Source of the DNA: Candidatus Poribacteria bacterium
Lineage (GTDB): Bacteria > Poribacteria > WGA-4E > GCA-2687025
Assembly: GCA_963665845.2 (NCBI GenBank)
Contig: OY762492.1
Span: 1,376,001 to 1,440,000, forward strand
Direction: 5' to 3'
DNA length: 64,000 bases
Under the pieces are notes generated by a model. The model saw only the letters and a program-made list of their open reading frames with translations. It did no database searches and was not told the DNA's origin. Position numbers and translations under genes: made by a program. This document shows positions 10,495-20,773 of this stretch, piece after piece; the first letter of the stretch is position 1; each line of letters opens with the position of its first letter.

Positions 10495-11564
10495 GCTTGG
10501 AGGCAAAAGTTGCGGAGGCGCAGCGGCGTCTAGACGCGCATGTGCGCGAGATGATTCAGTGGCATTTTAGCCCCGAAACGGGCGCGCCGTTCTGGATTGA
10601 CTACGCGCGCGGCTTGGACTTCGACCCGCGCAAAGAAATCGACGGCTTCGACGATCTGCATGCGCTCGGACCGTTTCAGGACGAATGGCTGCGCGGCGGG
10701 CCGGTGCGCCGTTGGATCCCGAAAGCGTACGAAAATAGCCCCGTTTATGTGTTTGAAACGGGCGGCTCAACGGGGCTGCCGAAGAACCGCATCAGCGTCC
10801 GCGATTTTCAGATCGACTATGAGATGTTCAGCGACTCGCTCTCGGAGGAGGGGTTCCCGCGCGGCTCCGACTGGCTCATGCTCGGACCGACGGGACCGCG
10901 GCGGCTGCGGCTCGCGGTTGAACATCTGGCGCAAACGCGCGGCGGCGTCTGCTTCCATGTCGACATGGACCCGCGCTGGGTGAACCAGCTGATACGCGAC
11001 GGCAAGCGCATGGAGATGGAGGCGTATAAACGGCATGTGGTTGATCAGGGGTTGAAAATACTGCGCGCCCATGAGAGCGTCGCCTGCCTCTTCACAACGC
11101 CGAAACTGCTGGAGGCGCTGTGCGAAAAAGTGTCGCTGCGGCATGCGGGCGTCAAGGGCATCTTCTGCGGCGGAACCGAGATGAACGCGCAGTTCAACCG
11201 CTTCGCGCGCGAGGAGCTGATCCCAGGCATCGAGTTTGTGCCGACCTACGGCAACACGCTCATGGGTTTGGCGATGTCGAAGCCGTTCGATCCCGCCGAC
11301 GAGTATGCAATCACCTATTATCCGCCGCTGCCGCGCGCCTATATTGAGCTGCTGGACCCGTCCGACCCGACGCGGCGGGTAGATTACGGCGGGACGGGGC
11401 GCGTCGCGCTGACGACGCTCACCAAAGAGTTCTTTATGCCGCGCTTTTTAGAGCGGGACGAAGCGGAACGCGCCGAGCCGATCGATCTCTATCCATGGGA
11501 CGGCGTCGAGAATCTGCGGCTGCTGACGGAGCTGCATGATACGGTCGTGGTTGGGGTGTATTGA
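10491..11564 (+). CDS. EhpF/GriC-like adenylate-forming enzyme (arylcarboxylate reductase adenylation component)
   Basis: WHFSPETGAPFW...DFDPRKEI and FETGGSTGLPK P-loop, YGNTLMG, RVALTTL...ERD; resembles EhpF/GriC from memory. Confidence 0.75.
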   Translation: MSLEAKVAEAQRRLDAHVREMIQWHFSPETGAPFWIDYARGLDFDPRKEIDGFDDLHALGPFQDEWLRGGPVRRWIPKAYENSPVYVFETGGSTGLPKNRISVRDFQIDYEMFSDSLSEEGFPRGSDWLMLGPTGPRRLRLAVEHLAQTRGGVCFHVDMDPRWVNQLIRDGKRMEMEAYKRHVVDQGLKILRAHESVACLFTTPKLLEALCEKVSLRHAGVKGIFCGGTEMNAQFNRFAREELIPGIEFVPTYGNTLMGLAMSKPFDPADEYAITYYPPLPRAYIELLDPSDPTRRVDYGGTGRVALTTLTKEFFMPRFLERDEAERAEPIDLYPWDGVENLRLLTELHDTVVVGVY

Positions 11565-11589
11565 GCAGGCGCGTTCGGAACGGGGATAT

Positions 11590-11720
11590 TCGCGGCGCCG
11601 CGTCCGATTCCCCCCTTGAAAAGGGGGGCTAGGGGGGTTTAAAGGCGCGGCGGCGACGCCCTAAGATTCCCGCTTGCGCGGGAATGACGATCTAGATGAC
11701 GAAGCCTTTTCCCCATGAAA
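11590..11720. repeat. Intergenic composite repeat (CCCCCTTGAAAAGGGGGGCTAGGGGGGTTT + ATTCCC-N8-GGGAAT)
   Basis: Same modules recur at 31243-31292 (inverted), 41041-41130 and 53360-53450. Confidence 0.85.
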
Positions 11721-11734
11721 CTTTAGGCATGACG

Positions 11735-12667
11735 TCAGTATTCGTCTTTCAAAAAATAATAATCGCGCCTCTGCCATCTATTTTTCTGGATCTCAATGTC
11801 TCTGGGGGTGAACCCTAGCGCTTCCAGATCCGGCGGCGGACCTGCATAATGCCGCTCCACTTTGCTGTTTTTTAAGATCACATAGCGCGTAAGAGAGCCG
11901 TCTGTCTCTCGATAATAATAGATTTCGAAATTTCCGGTCGGATTTCGGTAACCGAGGAATCCGCCGCCGGTGTATCCAACGGCTGGCTCCTCTCGCATAC
12001 CGCCTTTATTCAGCAGTATATCCTCTGCCAACATAGCGTCAAATCTGCCGACAAAGCTCCTCGCAACATAGGCGGCATCGTCGCCGTCGTCAAATTCCCG
12101 CTTGACATACCCTTCTCTGGGCGCGCCCGTAATCAGCCCTTTTTCGATGGCGGCGTTCCGCTCATTCTCAATCTCTTGTCTCCGTTGGCGCGTCTCTTCA
12201 GAGGGACGGTAAACGAGGGCTGTGCCTATATGCCGCTCAAGAATTCCGACTTCTTCTAAAGACGGCTTGCCCCATGCCATTGTGTCCCAATGGGAGTAAT
12301 CGGGCTTCCATCCTTCAGGAGGCTCGCCAACCTGCCCGTTGTCGTCGTATTCTCGGGCGATGGCGTCTAAATCTTCGACAGACGCCTCCCCGCTGCCGGA
12401 CGCTCGCCCATTTTCATCGCCCTCATCGCCAGAGCTTGCTTGGTCGGTCGCATTGGATCCTCGCTCTGTTTCAGCCCCAGCTCCGTTCGCTACTGAGGGG
12501 GACCGGAGCCGCGGAGATTGCTCCGTTTCATCCCAAGAGAAGACGGTCTCGGCATCTTTGCCTGTATCGAAGACGCCGCGGTGAAAGAGCAAGAGCAATG
12601 CGATTACAACGATTGCGACCGCTGCAAGTCCTGCGATGATCCACGTAGTTCGGTTTTCAAGACTCAT
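11735..12667 (-). CDS. Hypothetical protein with N-terminal membrane anchor and acidic low-complexity linker
   Basis: 310-aa ORF, hydrophobic N-terminus, GGAGG SD. Confidence 0.7.
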   Translation of the reverse strand: MSLENRTTWIIAGLAAVAIVVIALLLLFHRGVFDTGKDAETVFSWDETEQSPRLRSPSVANGAGAETERGSNATDQASSGDEGDENGRASGSGEASVEDLDAIAREYDDNGQVGEPPEGWKPDYSHWDTMAWGKPSLEEVGILERHIGTALVYRPSEETRQRRQEIENERNAAIEKGLITGAPREGYVKREFDDGDDAAYVARSFVGRFDAMLAEDILLNKGGMREEPAVGYTGGGFLGYRNPTGNFEIYYYRETDGSLTRYVILKNSKVERHYAGPPPDLEALGFTPRDIEIQKNRWQRRDYYFLKDEY

Positions 12668-12694
12668 CGTTTCGCCCTCCCTTGCCTGTTCATT

Positions 12695-14644
12695 TTAGCG
12701 CGGAGGCAGCGTCCGACGCAAACCGTCCAGAACAAGGCCGATGCGGTGCGTCGGTATCGGCTCAAAACCGACCGCCCAAACAGGCGACTCCGGCAGAAGC
12801 GCGTAATCGTTCTCCGCGGCGTTCACAAAAAGCGGATCGTCCGCCTCCGCGTAGTTGTCCTCCATGACCGTATGCGGAACCGCCGACGCGGCGATCTCAT
12901 CTCGAACGCAGTTGTAGGTCAAGTTGCGCCGAACAACGTTGCCCTTCGGCGCCGCCGGCTCATCCTCCGCCACATGAACGAGCGGCGGATAGCGCGTCGA
13001 ATAGGGCGGCTGCTGATAATTCACCGCCCGCAGCTTCTCATACATGTTCCACACGCCGCCGACCGAGATATGCGACTTTGCCCAGCCCAAGCCGCGGTCG
13101 TCAATATGAACGGCAACCTCGCACTCCACGAAGACATTGTTTTCAACGCGGTTGTCGCGCCCGCCGCCAATGAACGCCGCCTTTGTGACGCGCGCGAAAA
13201 TGTTGCCGACGATGGCGATCCCGCTCGCCGCATCGTCCAGATAGACCGCGTTCGCGCGGTGGCTGCCCATGCCGGCGATGTCGCGCAGCAGGTTATGGCG
13301 GATGATCGTCCCGCGCGTCGTCCAGTCGCGCCCTGTGTAGAACCCGCCCACGTCGCCCGTTTCTTGGCATAGGTCGTAAAGTTCGTTGAATTCTAGGACA
13401 TGGTCGTTTCCGCCGAAGCTGACGCCCGCGTGCGGCGCGTCATGGATTCGGCAGTGCGCGAGGCGGTTGCCGACGCCTCCGATGCCGACCGCCGGGCGGT
13501 AGGTGCGGCACCATCGGCTGAAGCGGCGTATATGGCAGTTTTCGACGTTGTGGCGCGCGGGCGTCAGCGTTGACCTGTCGCCGCCTGAAACGCGCAGCCC
13601 GGAGCCGCCCGTTTCATAGACGTCGCAGCTGACGATGGAATGCTCTTTGCCGCCGCTCACAAGTGCGCCGTCTGTCCCTGCGTTTCGGATGACGCAGCCG
13701 TAAAGTCCGCACCCTTCGCCGCCGTTGATGCGTACCGCCGCGCCGCGGGACGCCTCAAACGCGACCCGCTCAAAACGGACATGGCGCGCCTCCTTCATGG
13801 AGAGTACGCTGTCGGCGATGGAGACGACCGCCGTCCCCGCCTCAATATCGCTGGGCGGATAGAAGTAGAGAACGCCCGTTTCGCGGTCAAGGTACCATTC
13901 GCCGGGCGCGTCCAGCTCCTCCAGCACGTTCACAAAACGAAACCGCTGACCCGCCTTGTAACCGTATACGCCATGCGGCGGCTCCGTTTCGATGACGCCG
14001 TCTTGGATGGAGGCGACCCGCTCATACGAGTCCGCCCAGTCATGCGTCCAGTAGCCATGAACCCAGACATCGTCCAGCCGCCAGGTTTCCATGCGCGCGT
14101 CATCGCATGAGAATCGGTCCTCTTTTGGGTTATGAAGACGAAGCCAGCCGTCGTTCGGGTATTGCGCCAGCGTCATCGGCTGGTCATTGAAAAACAGCTC
14201 TAGCCCTGCGGAATGGCCGGGGCGCCCCATGCCGCGCGATCTTATTTCGCCGAAATCGTTGATGCCCTGCGCCTTCAGATCGACGGCAACAACATGCTCC
14301 CGTACGTTTGGTTTAAGGCGCGCGCCCAGCTCTCGTCCGACAGGCTCAAATCCGCGCACAACTTTGCCGCCGCAGAGGATCGCCGTTTCCCCTTCCGCCG
14401 ACCGGTAGACGACAGGGGCGTTTGCCGTTCCGCTGTCCTCCGCAGTCAATTCAAACGGCGCGTCCAGCTCATACCGTCCGCCGCGCAAGACGACGACCGC
14501 GCCCATTCCGCTTTTTTGAAAACGGGAATCTTGGCGCAGCGCGGCGCGCGCTTCTTCTAAAGAGCCGAAAGGGCGCTCTTTAGACCCGTCCGCTCCATGG
14601 CCGCCTATAGGGGCGATGTAAAGATGAATCGCGTTTGATGACAT
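12695..14644 (-). CDS. Right-handed parallel beta-helix protein (carbohydrate-active, GH141-like)
   Basis: DGSKERPFGSL, VVLRGGRY, LA.YPN, ELDAPGEWY, YLDD, beta-helix repeats. Confidence 0.8.
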   Translation of the reverse strand: MSSNAIHLYIAPIGGHGADGSKERPFGSLEEARAALRQDSRFQKSGMGAVVVLRGGRYELDAPFELTAEDSGTANAPVVYRSAEGETAILCGGKVVRGFEPVGRELGARLKPNVREHVVAVDLKAQGINDFGEIRSRGMGRPGHSAGLELFFNDQPMTLAQYPNDGWLRLHNPKEDRFSCDDARMETWRLDDVWVHGYWTHDWADSYERVASIQDGVIETEPPHGVYGYKAGQRFRFVNVLEELDAPGEWYLDRETGVLYFYPPSDIEAGTAVVSIADSVLSMKEARHVRFERVAFEASRGAAVRINGGEGCGLYGCVIRNAGTDGALVSGGKEHSIVSCDVYETGGSGLRVSGGDRSTLTPARHNVENCHIRRFSRWCRTYRPAVGIGGVGNRLAHCRIHDAPHAGVSFGGNDHVLEFNELYDLCQETGDVGGFYTGRDWTTRGTIIRHNLLRDIAGMGSHRANAVYLDDAASGIAIVGNIFARVTKAAFIGGGRDNRVENNVFVECEVAVHIDDRGLGWAKSHISVGGVWNMYEKLRAVNYQQPPYSTRYPPLVHVAEDEPAAPKGNVVRRNLTYNCVRDEIAASAVPHTVMEDNYAEADDPLFVNAAENDYALLPESPVWAVGFEPIPTHRIGLVLDGLRRTLPPR

Positions 14645-14662
14645 GAAGCTCCTCCGCGTTCG

Positions 14663-16372
14663 TTATTCCGTTTCAATACGGCGCGCCTCATCCAGCAGCG
14701 CCTGCAGGTCAAACACCTCAATCGGGACGATCTCGCGGTCGGCGGCTCGGCGCAGCTTCGTCTCATAAGCGCTCTGCGCCAGGGTGCGCTCGCTCACCGT
14801 CACACGCGCCGGCAAACCAATCAGATCCGAGTCCTTGAACTTCACCCCTGGCGACTCGTTTCGGTCGTCGTAAAGAACCTCAAATCCTTCGCCCGTCCAT
14901 TGTTCATAAAGGGCGTCCGCCGCCTCTTGAACCGCCGCCCCCCTCCCGACAGGCACAAGATGAACATGGTACGGCGCAACCGAAACGGGGAACCGAATGC
15001 CGTCCGCGTCGTAATTCGCCTCCACCGCCGACGCGAGCAGACGCCCAACGCCGATGCCGTAGCACCCCATGACGATCGGCTTTTGCCGCCCGTTTTCGTC
15101 TAAGAAGGTCGCCCCCATCGCTTCGCTGTATTTGACGCCGAGTTTGAAAATGTTGCCGACCTCAATGCCGTTTGCCGCTTCCAGCGCGCCGCCGCAGCTG
15201 GCGCAAGGGGAGCCGTCCTGGGCGAGCGCAATGTCCGCGCAGATGTCCAGCGCAAAGTCGCGCGGGACATTCACATTTTTGAAATGAAAGCCCTCTCGGT
15301 TCGCCCCGGCGATCCCGTTCGTTAGATCTAACAGGGAATCGTCGCCGACAACGAGAAACGGGTTCGCGCCGATGGGCGACGCATACCCAGGGACAATGCC
15401 CGCCGCCCGTATCTCCGACTCCTCCGCCGGCCGCAGCTCCGTTCCAACGGCGTTCGACAGCTTCGTCTCGTTCACCTCCAGATCGCCGCGTATGCCCGCA
15501 AAAACAAGCCCATCGTCCGACATATACAGAACCGCTTTGATGGTTTGAGCTGTCGGAACGGAGAGAAAACCTGCCACCTCCTCAATTGTTTCGCGGTTCG
15601 GCGTCGAGACTTCCTCTATCGGCAGCGGATCGCCGAAGGAGCGTTTGCCTTTTTCAAAGACGGCGATCTCGGCGTTCGCGGTGTAATCGCACCCTTTACA
15701 GAGCGCGAGCCGATCCTCCCCCGACGGCGTGACCAGCATGAACTCATGCGCCGCCGTCCCTCCAATCATCCCAGGGTCCGACTCCACCGAAACGGCTGGA
15801 ACGCCGCACCGCTCATAAATGCGCGCGTAAGCGTCGTACATACGATCATAAGTCTCGTCTAGGCATGCCTCGTCTGCATGAAACGAGTAGGCGTCCTTCA
15901 TTTTGAATTCGCGGACGCGAATCAGCCCGGCGCGCGGGCGCAGTTCGTCTCGAAATTTCAACTTGATCTGGTACGCGTTGAGCGGCAGCTGGCGGTAGGA
16001 GCTGATCTCCGTGCGGGCGTGCGTCGTCACCGCTTCCTCGTGCGTCATCGCCAGCACATTTTCGCGTCCGTTATGGTCTTGGAACGCCAACAGTTCCCGC
16101 CCCGCCAGCGCTTCATACCGCCCCGTTTCTTGCCACAATTCAGCGGGCTGAACGAGCGGCATGTCCATCTCCTGCCCGCCGACAGCGTTCATCTCTTCGC
16201 GTATGATCTGCTCAATTTTCAGCGCGGAACGGTTTGCCAGCGGCATCAGCGAGAAGAGGCCCGCGCCCAGCTGACGAATAAAACCGGCGCGAACCAGCAG
16301 CTGATGGCTCGGTATCTGCGCGTCCGCTGGATTCTCCCGCAGCGTCCGTCCAAAAAGTTGCGATTGGCGCAT
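14663..16372 (-). CDS. proS: Prolyl-tRNA synthetase (with editing insertion)
   Basis: SHQLLVRAGFIRQ, KFRDELRPR.GL.R.REF.MKDAYSF, GIEVGNIFKLG, MGCYGIGVGR. Confidence 0.98.
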   Translation of the reverse strand: MRQSQLFGRTLRENPADAQIPSHQLLVRAGFIRQLGAGLFSLMPLANRSALKIEQIIREEMNAVGGQEMDMPLVQPAELWQETGRYEALAGRELLAFQDHNGRENVLAMTHEEAVTTHARTEISSYRQLPLNAYQIKLKFRDELRPRAGLIRVREFKMKDAYSFHADEACLDETYDRMYDAYARIYERCGVPAVSVESDPGMIGGTAAHEFMLVTPSGEDRLALCKGCDYTANAEIAVFEKGKRSFGDPLPIEEVSTPNRETIEEVAGFLSVPTAQTIKAVLYMSDDGLVFAGIRGDLEVNETKLSNAVGTELRPAEESEIRAAGIVPGYASPIGANPFLVVGDDSLLDLTNGIAGANREGFHFKNVNVPRDFALDICADIALAQDGSPCASCGGALEAANGIEVGNIFKLGVKYSEAMGATFLDENGRQKPIVMGCYGIGVGRLLASAVEANYDADGIRFPVSVAPYHVHLVPVGRGAAVQEAADALYEQWTGEGFEVLYDDRNESPGVKFKDSDLIGLPARVTVSERTLAQSAYETKLRRAADREIVPIEVFDLQALLDEARRIETE

Positions 16373-16375
16373 CGT

Positions 16376-17458
16376 TTAGCCTTTTCCTGCGCGGCGCACT
16401 TCCGCCGCAATCAGATCGCCCGCTTCGGAGGTGGACATGCCCATGCGCCCCGCTCCCAGGTCGGCGATCTTGCCGCCAGCCAGGACTGACGCGATCGCGC
16501 CCTCCACCGCCGACGCCGCTTCCGCTTCGCCCAGATGGTCAAGCATCATTCCCGCCGCGGCGACGGCGGCGATCGGGTTGATCTTGCCCAGCCCGGTATA
16601 ACGCGGCGCAGAACCGTGGATCGGCTCAAACATGGAGACGCCTTCAGGGTTCAGGTTGCCCGACGCGGCGACGCCCATCCCGCCCTGAATGACGGCGCCC
16701 AAATCGGTGATGATGTCGCCCAGCTGGTTGTCCGTTACAACAACATCGAACCACTCAGGGTTCTTGACAAACCACATGCAAGCGGCGTCCACATGGGCGT
16801 ATTCGCGCTGAATGTCAGGATACTCCGCCGCGCCGATCTCATGGAAGGCGCGCTCCCACGTGTCATGTACGTACGTGAGAACGTTCGTTTTGGCGACGAG
16901 GTGGAGCTGCTTCATCTTGTCCCGCTTGCGCGCCAGCTCAAAGGCGTAACGCACAGCGCGCTCCACGCCGAAGCGCGTTGTTACATGAATCTGCGTCGAC
17001 ACCTCCTGCGGCGTTCCTTTATACTGAATGCCGCCCGCGCCGGAGTAGATGCCCTCCGTGTTTTCGCGCACCACCACAAAATCGATCTCTTCAGGACCCT
17101 TGTCTTTGAGCGGGCATGGGACGCCCGGATACAGCTTGATGGGGCGCAGGTTGATGTACTGGTCAAGGTCGAACCGTATTTTGAGAAGAATGCCTTTTTC
17201 AAGGATGCCGGGCGCGACGTCGGGATGTCCGATGGCGCCGAGAAAGATGGCGTTGAAATCGCGGAACTCTTCGATGGCAGAATCGGGCAGGACGTCGCCC
17301 GCGGCGAGGTAGCGGTCGCCGCCGAAATCGTACGACTGCGTTTCATAGTTGAAGCCGAAGGTCTCGGCGGCGGCATCGACAATCTTCATCGCCTCTGCCG
17401 TTACTTCTGGACCGATGCCGTCGCCCGGTATCACGGCGATTTGGTGCGTCGCGCTCAT
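16376..17458 (-). CDS. leuB: 3-isopropylmalate dehydrogenase
   Basis: [36 protein letters not shown]. Confidence 0.9.
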   Translation of the reverse strand: MSATHQIAVIPGDGIGPEVTAEAMKIVDAAAETFGFNYETQSYDFGGDRYLAAGDVLPDSAIEEFRDFNAIFLGAIGHPDVAPGILEKGILLKIRFDLDQYINLRPIKLYPGVPCPLKDKGPEEIDFVVVRENTEGIYSGAGGIQYKGTPQEVSTQIHVTTRFGVERAVRYAFELARKRDKMKQLHLVAKTNVLTYVHDTWERAFHEIGAAEYPDIQREYAHVDAACMWFVKNPEWFDVVVTDNQLGDIITDLGAVIQGGMGVAASGNLNPEGVSMFEPIHGSAPRYTGLGKINPIAAVAAAGMMLDHLGEAEAASAVEGAIASVLAGGKIADLGAGRMGMSTSEAGDLIAAEVRRAGKG

Positions 17459-17561
17459 AAGCTCTAGGAATCCCCTCTGTGCGGTTTCGACTCGCGTTTC
17501 TCAACGCCAGTTATGATACCACATCTCTTCCCTTCGTACAGACGACGAGCGCGCGGTTTGG

Positions 17562-18584
17562 CTAGATCAGGATGACCATGACGCCGTTTTGCTCGGCGTA
17601 TCCTTTTACCGTTTCAGAGACCTCATAGCCCGCGGCGACCGGTTCCGCGTCAGCTTGATAGACGATGCTCAGGATCTCTGCCGTTTCTTTTGCCCTGTCT
17701 ATGTCGCTGGCGTCGATCGTGTTGGACGCCTCAATCGCGATCCAAAGATCGTCCGCGGTTTGCGGAACGACGCCCTTCATGATCATGTCGGTATCGAAGA
17801 CTCTGCCCCGCTGCCGCTCGGTAATGATCTCCTCGTCCAGGGCGTCGTCGATCTCGTCGAAAAAATTGCCGTTGGACGGTCTCGCTACGCTGCGGATCAC
17901 TTTCGTTTTGCGGATTTTGAGATGCTGACGAAGTTTCGGAACGAGGCGAAAATCGAGCCTGACCTCTAGCGACTCGCCTTTCAGCTGACCGATGTCGTCC
18001 TGCATCCGCTTCTGCGTCGCTTGCATCTCCGCTTGATTTGCGACGACCGCATCCAGCGTTTTTTGCATCTTCTCCTGCTTGTCCGCAATCCTCTTCAGCT
18101 CCTTTTTCATTTCCGCTTGATCGGCGAGGATCATTTCCTGCGTTCTCGTTAGACGATCCACCGTCTCAAGCAACCCGTTCACCGTCTCAAGCAACCCGTT
18201 CACCGTCTCAAGCAACCCGTTCACCGTCTCAAGCAACCAGTTTTGAGTTTCGACCAGTTTTTCCTGGGTCTCTCTCATTCTCGCTTGCTCGGCGGCAAAC
18301 TCTTCTTGTCGACGCTCAAGGCGGTTCACCGCCTCTATCAGCATTTCCTGCGTTTTAAGAATCCCCGCCTGCGTTTCAGCGAAACCCTTCTGCGTTTCAG
18401 CCAAACTCTCCAGGGTTTGAACGGTCTGTTCAAGCAAACGCTTCATGTCGACAACCTCTTCAGGAAGGCGCAGCAGCTCCAGCGGCAGCAACGCGCGCAG
18501 CAATTTATCCCGCGCCGCAGGGTCCGCCTTCGCCTCCTCAATCAGGCGTTCAAGAAGCGTGTCAAAACTGGTCGAATCGTCCAT
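17562..18584 (-). CDS. Coiled-coil protein with C-terminal degenerate PD-(D/E)xK-like domain
   Basis: Long heptad region; C-terminal DTDMIMKG...WIAIEAS.TID..DIDRA...VAAG. Confidence 0.7.
   Translation of the reverse strand: MDDSTSFDTLLERLIEEAKADPAARDKLLRALLPLELLRLPEEVVDMKRLLEQTVQTLESLAETQKGFAETQAGILKTQEMLIEAVNRLERRQEEFAAEQARMRETQEKLVETQNWLLETVNGLLETVNGLLETVNGLLETVDRLTRTQEMILADQAEMKKELKRIADKQEKMQKTLDAVVANQAEMQATQKRMQDDIGQLKGESLEVRLDFRLVPKLRQHLKIRKTKVIRSVARPSNGNFFDEIDDALDEEIITERQRGRVFDTDMIMKGVVPQTADDLWIAIEASNTIDASDIDRAKETAEILSIVYQADAEPVAAGYEVSETVKGYAEQNGVMVILI
18159..18238. repeat. 21-bp tandem repeat, about 3.8 copies (encodes LLETVNG heptad)
   Basis: caccgtctcaagcaacccgtt x3 plus 17 nt. Confidence 0.95.
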
Positions 18585-18612
18585 CTTGCTGTAGCCTCCC
18601 GCGCCGCAAACG

Positions 18613-18966
18613 CTACCGGCGGAAAATCATCTGGACGGACGGGCCATGATCCTCGCAGCCGCGGTCAACAGGCGCGTCCGCATCCTCCGCCGATACCTCC
18701 ACCAGCCCCGATTCGATGAGCCACTCTTCCAGCTCCTCGCCGCTGATGTCCGGCAAAACCTCTTCGTTGATCATGAGGCTCGGCTGGTAACGCTGACCCG
18801 TCACGCGCACCATCTCCATGTAGTTGGCGGGGATGTTCACAACGTCTTTGTCTTCGTATTCCAGCCCGTATTTTTTCAGGACAGCGCGCACGCCTCTGCT
18901 CCATCCGCAGGACGGCTTTAGCCATGCCACAATCTCAGGTTTCCGCGCATCCGTTTTCTTCGACAT
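18613..18966 (-). CDS. Monothiol glutaredoxin-like protein
   Basis: KPSCGWS active-site motif, TGQRYQPSL; start reassigned to ATG 18966. Confidence 0.8.
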   Translation of the reverse strand: MSKKTDARKPEIVAWLKPSCGWSRGVRAVLKKYGLEYEDKDVVNIPANYMEMVRVTGQRYQPSLMINEEVLPDISGEELEEWLIESGLVEVSAEDADAPVDRGCEDHGPSVQMIFRR

Positions 18967-19051
18967 CAAGACGCCCTTTCTGTTAGTTGCGCCGACTCCT
19001 CCGTTGATGTATTTATGGCATGAAACCGGCCAAAAAGCAAGAGGAATCGAT

Positions 19052-20692
19052 ATGCGCCGCGACAACTGGGCGTCTCAAAACGGGCATTACGACGCAGCGG
19101 CGCGCGAACGAAGCGCCGACATACTCATCATCGGCGGCGGAACGGGCGGATGCGCAGCCGCCTTAGCCGCCGCGCGCAGCGGCAGAACCGTCCTCTTAAC
19201 CGAAGAAACGGACTGGATCGGCGGACAGCTGACCCAGCAGGCAGTGCCGCCCGACGAAAACCCATGGATCGAACAGTTCGGCGCCTCCCGCTCCTACCGC
19301 CAGTTTCGAGAGCGCATACGGGATTTTTACCGACGCAATTACCCGCTCAAAGGCGCCGCCCTTCGCAGCGAACGGCTCAACCCTGGAAACGGAAGCGTCT
19401 CGCGCCTCTGCCATGAACCGCGCGCCGCGCTCGCGGTTCTGAACGATGCGACGGCGCCGCATATCAGCGCGGGAAGGCTGACGATTCTTCTGGAGCGGCG
19501 CGCTGTCAGCGCCTTAACCGACGGCGACCGCGTTCTCGCCGTCTTGACGAAATGCCTGCGGACAGGCGACGAGACGGTACTGCGCGGCGAATATGTCCTG
19601 GACGCGACCGAAACGGGCGAGCTGCTGCCGATAACGCAGACCGAGTATGTTGTCGGCGCCGAGGCGCAGGCGGAGACGGACGAACCGCATGCACCGTCCG
19701 AAGCGCAGCCCGACAACCATCAGGCGTTCACCGTCTGCTTTGCGATGGACTACCGCCCCGATGAAGACTGGACAATTGAGAAGCCTGAAGAGTACGCGTT
19801 CTGGCGCGCCTATGTTCCTGAAATGCGCCCGCCGTGGCCGGGGCGGTTGCTGTCGCTTGTCGGCTCGCACCCTGTCACGTTGGAGCCGCGCCAATACGAG
19901 TTTGACCCTGTCAAAGAGACCGGCTTGTGGCGCTACAGGCGCATTTTGGACCGCGCCAACTTTGAAGACGGCGCCTTTTCAAGCGGCATCTCGCTTGTCA
20001 ACTGGCCGATGAACGATTACTGGCTTGGAAATCTCATCGACGACCCGGACGCCGAAACGCATCTGCGCCGGGCGAAGCAGTTGAGCCTGTCGCTGCTGTA
20101 CTGGCTCCAAACGGAAGCGCCGCGCCCGGACGGCGGAGAGGGCTGGAAGGGTCTGCGCCTGCGCGGCGACATTGTCGGCACAGAGGACGGCCTCGCCAAG
20201 TACCCGTATATCCGCGAGTCGCGCCGCATACGCGCCGAGTTCACCGTCACAGAGCGGCATATCGGCTTGGAAGCGCGCATGGCTGAAACAGGCGCCGGGC
20301 GAGAAGAGACGGAAGCGGCGCCGTTCCATGACTCGGTCGGCGTCGGGAGCTACCGCATCGACCTGCATCCGAGCAGCGGCGGCGACAATTACATCGACAT
20401 CAGCAGCCTGCCGTTTCAGATACCGCTTGGGTCGCTGCTGCCGATTCGCATGGAGAATCTGTTGCCTGCATGCAAAAACATCGGCTCGACGCATATCTCA
20501 AACGGCTGTTATCGGCTTCATCCAGTGGAGTGGGGCATCGGCGAAGCGGCGGGTCTGCTGGCGTCGCATTGCGTTGGGCTAAAGGAGACGCCGCGCGCCG
20601 TCCGAAACAACGCAAAGCGCTTGAGCGACTTTCAACGCCTTTTGGATGGTCAAGGTGTGGAGAGGGGCTGGCCGCGCGTGTCGGCGAGGTAG
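19052..20692 (+). CDS. FAD-dependent oxidoreductase
   Basis: DILIIGGGTGGCAAA, DATETG, YIRESRR, YRIDLH, YRLHPVEW; ATG 19052 after GAGG. Confidence 0.88.
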   Translation: MRRDNWASQNGHYDAAARERSADILIIGGGTGGCAAALAAARSGRTVLLTEETDWIGGQLTQQAVPPDENPWIEQFGASRSYRQFRERIRDFYRRNYPLKGAALRSERLNPGNGSVSRLCHEPRAALAVLNDATAPHISAGRLTILLERRAVSALTDGDRVLAVLTKCLRTGDETVLRGEYVLDATETGELLPITQTEYVVGAEAQAETDEPHAPSEAQPDNHQAFTVCFAMDYRPDEDWTIEKPEEYAFWRAYVPEMRPPWPGRLLSLVGSHPVTLEPRQYEFDPVKETGLWRYRRILDRANFEDGAFSSGISLVNWPMNDYWLGNLIDDPDAETHLRRAKQLSLSLLYWLQTEAPRPDGGEGWKGLRLRGDIVGTEDGLAKYPYIRESRRIRAEFTVTERHIGLEARMAETGAGREETEAAPFHDSVGVGSYRIDLHPSSGGDNYIDISSLPFQIPLGSLLPIRMENLLPACKNIGSTHISNGCYRLHPVEWGIGEAAGLLASHCVGLKETPRAVRNNAKRLSDFQRLLDGQGVERGWPRVSAR

Positions 20693-20773
20693 GTTCGCTG
20701 GGGAGACAGCGTACCATATGGTACGAACGGCCTACCAAAACGTACGTTTTCGTCAACGGCATCGGCATTGCGC

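Noticed and set aside
18613-18966. Selenocysteine in the glutaredoxin-like protein
   Set aside because: The active site reads CGWS with no in-frame TGA
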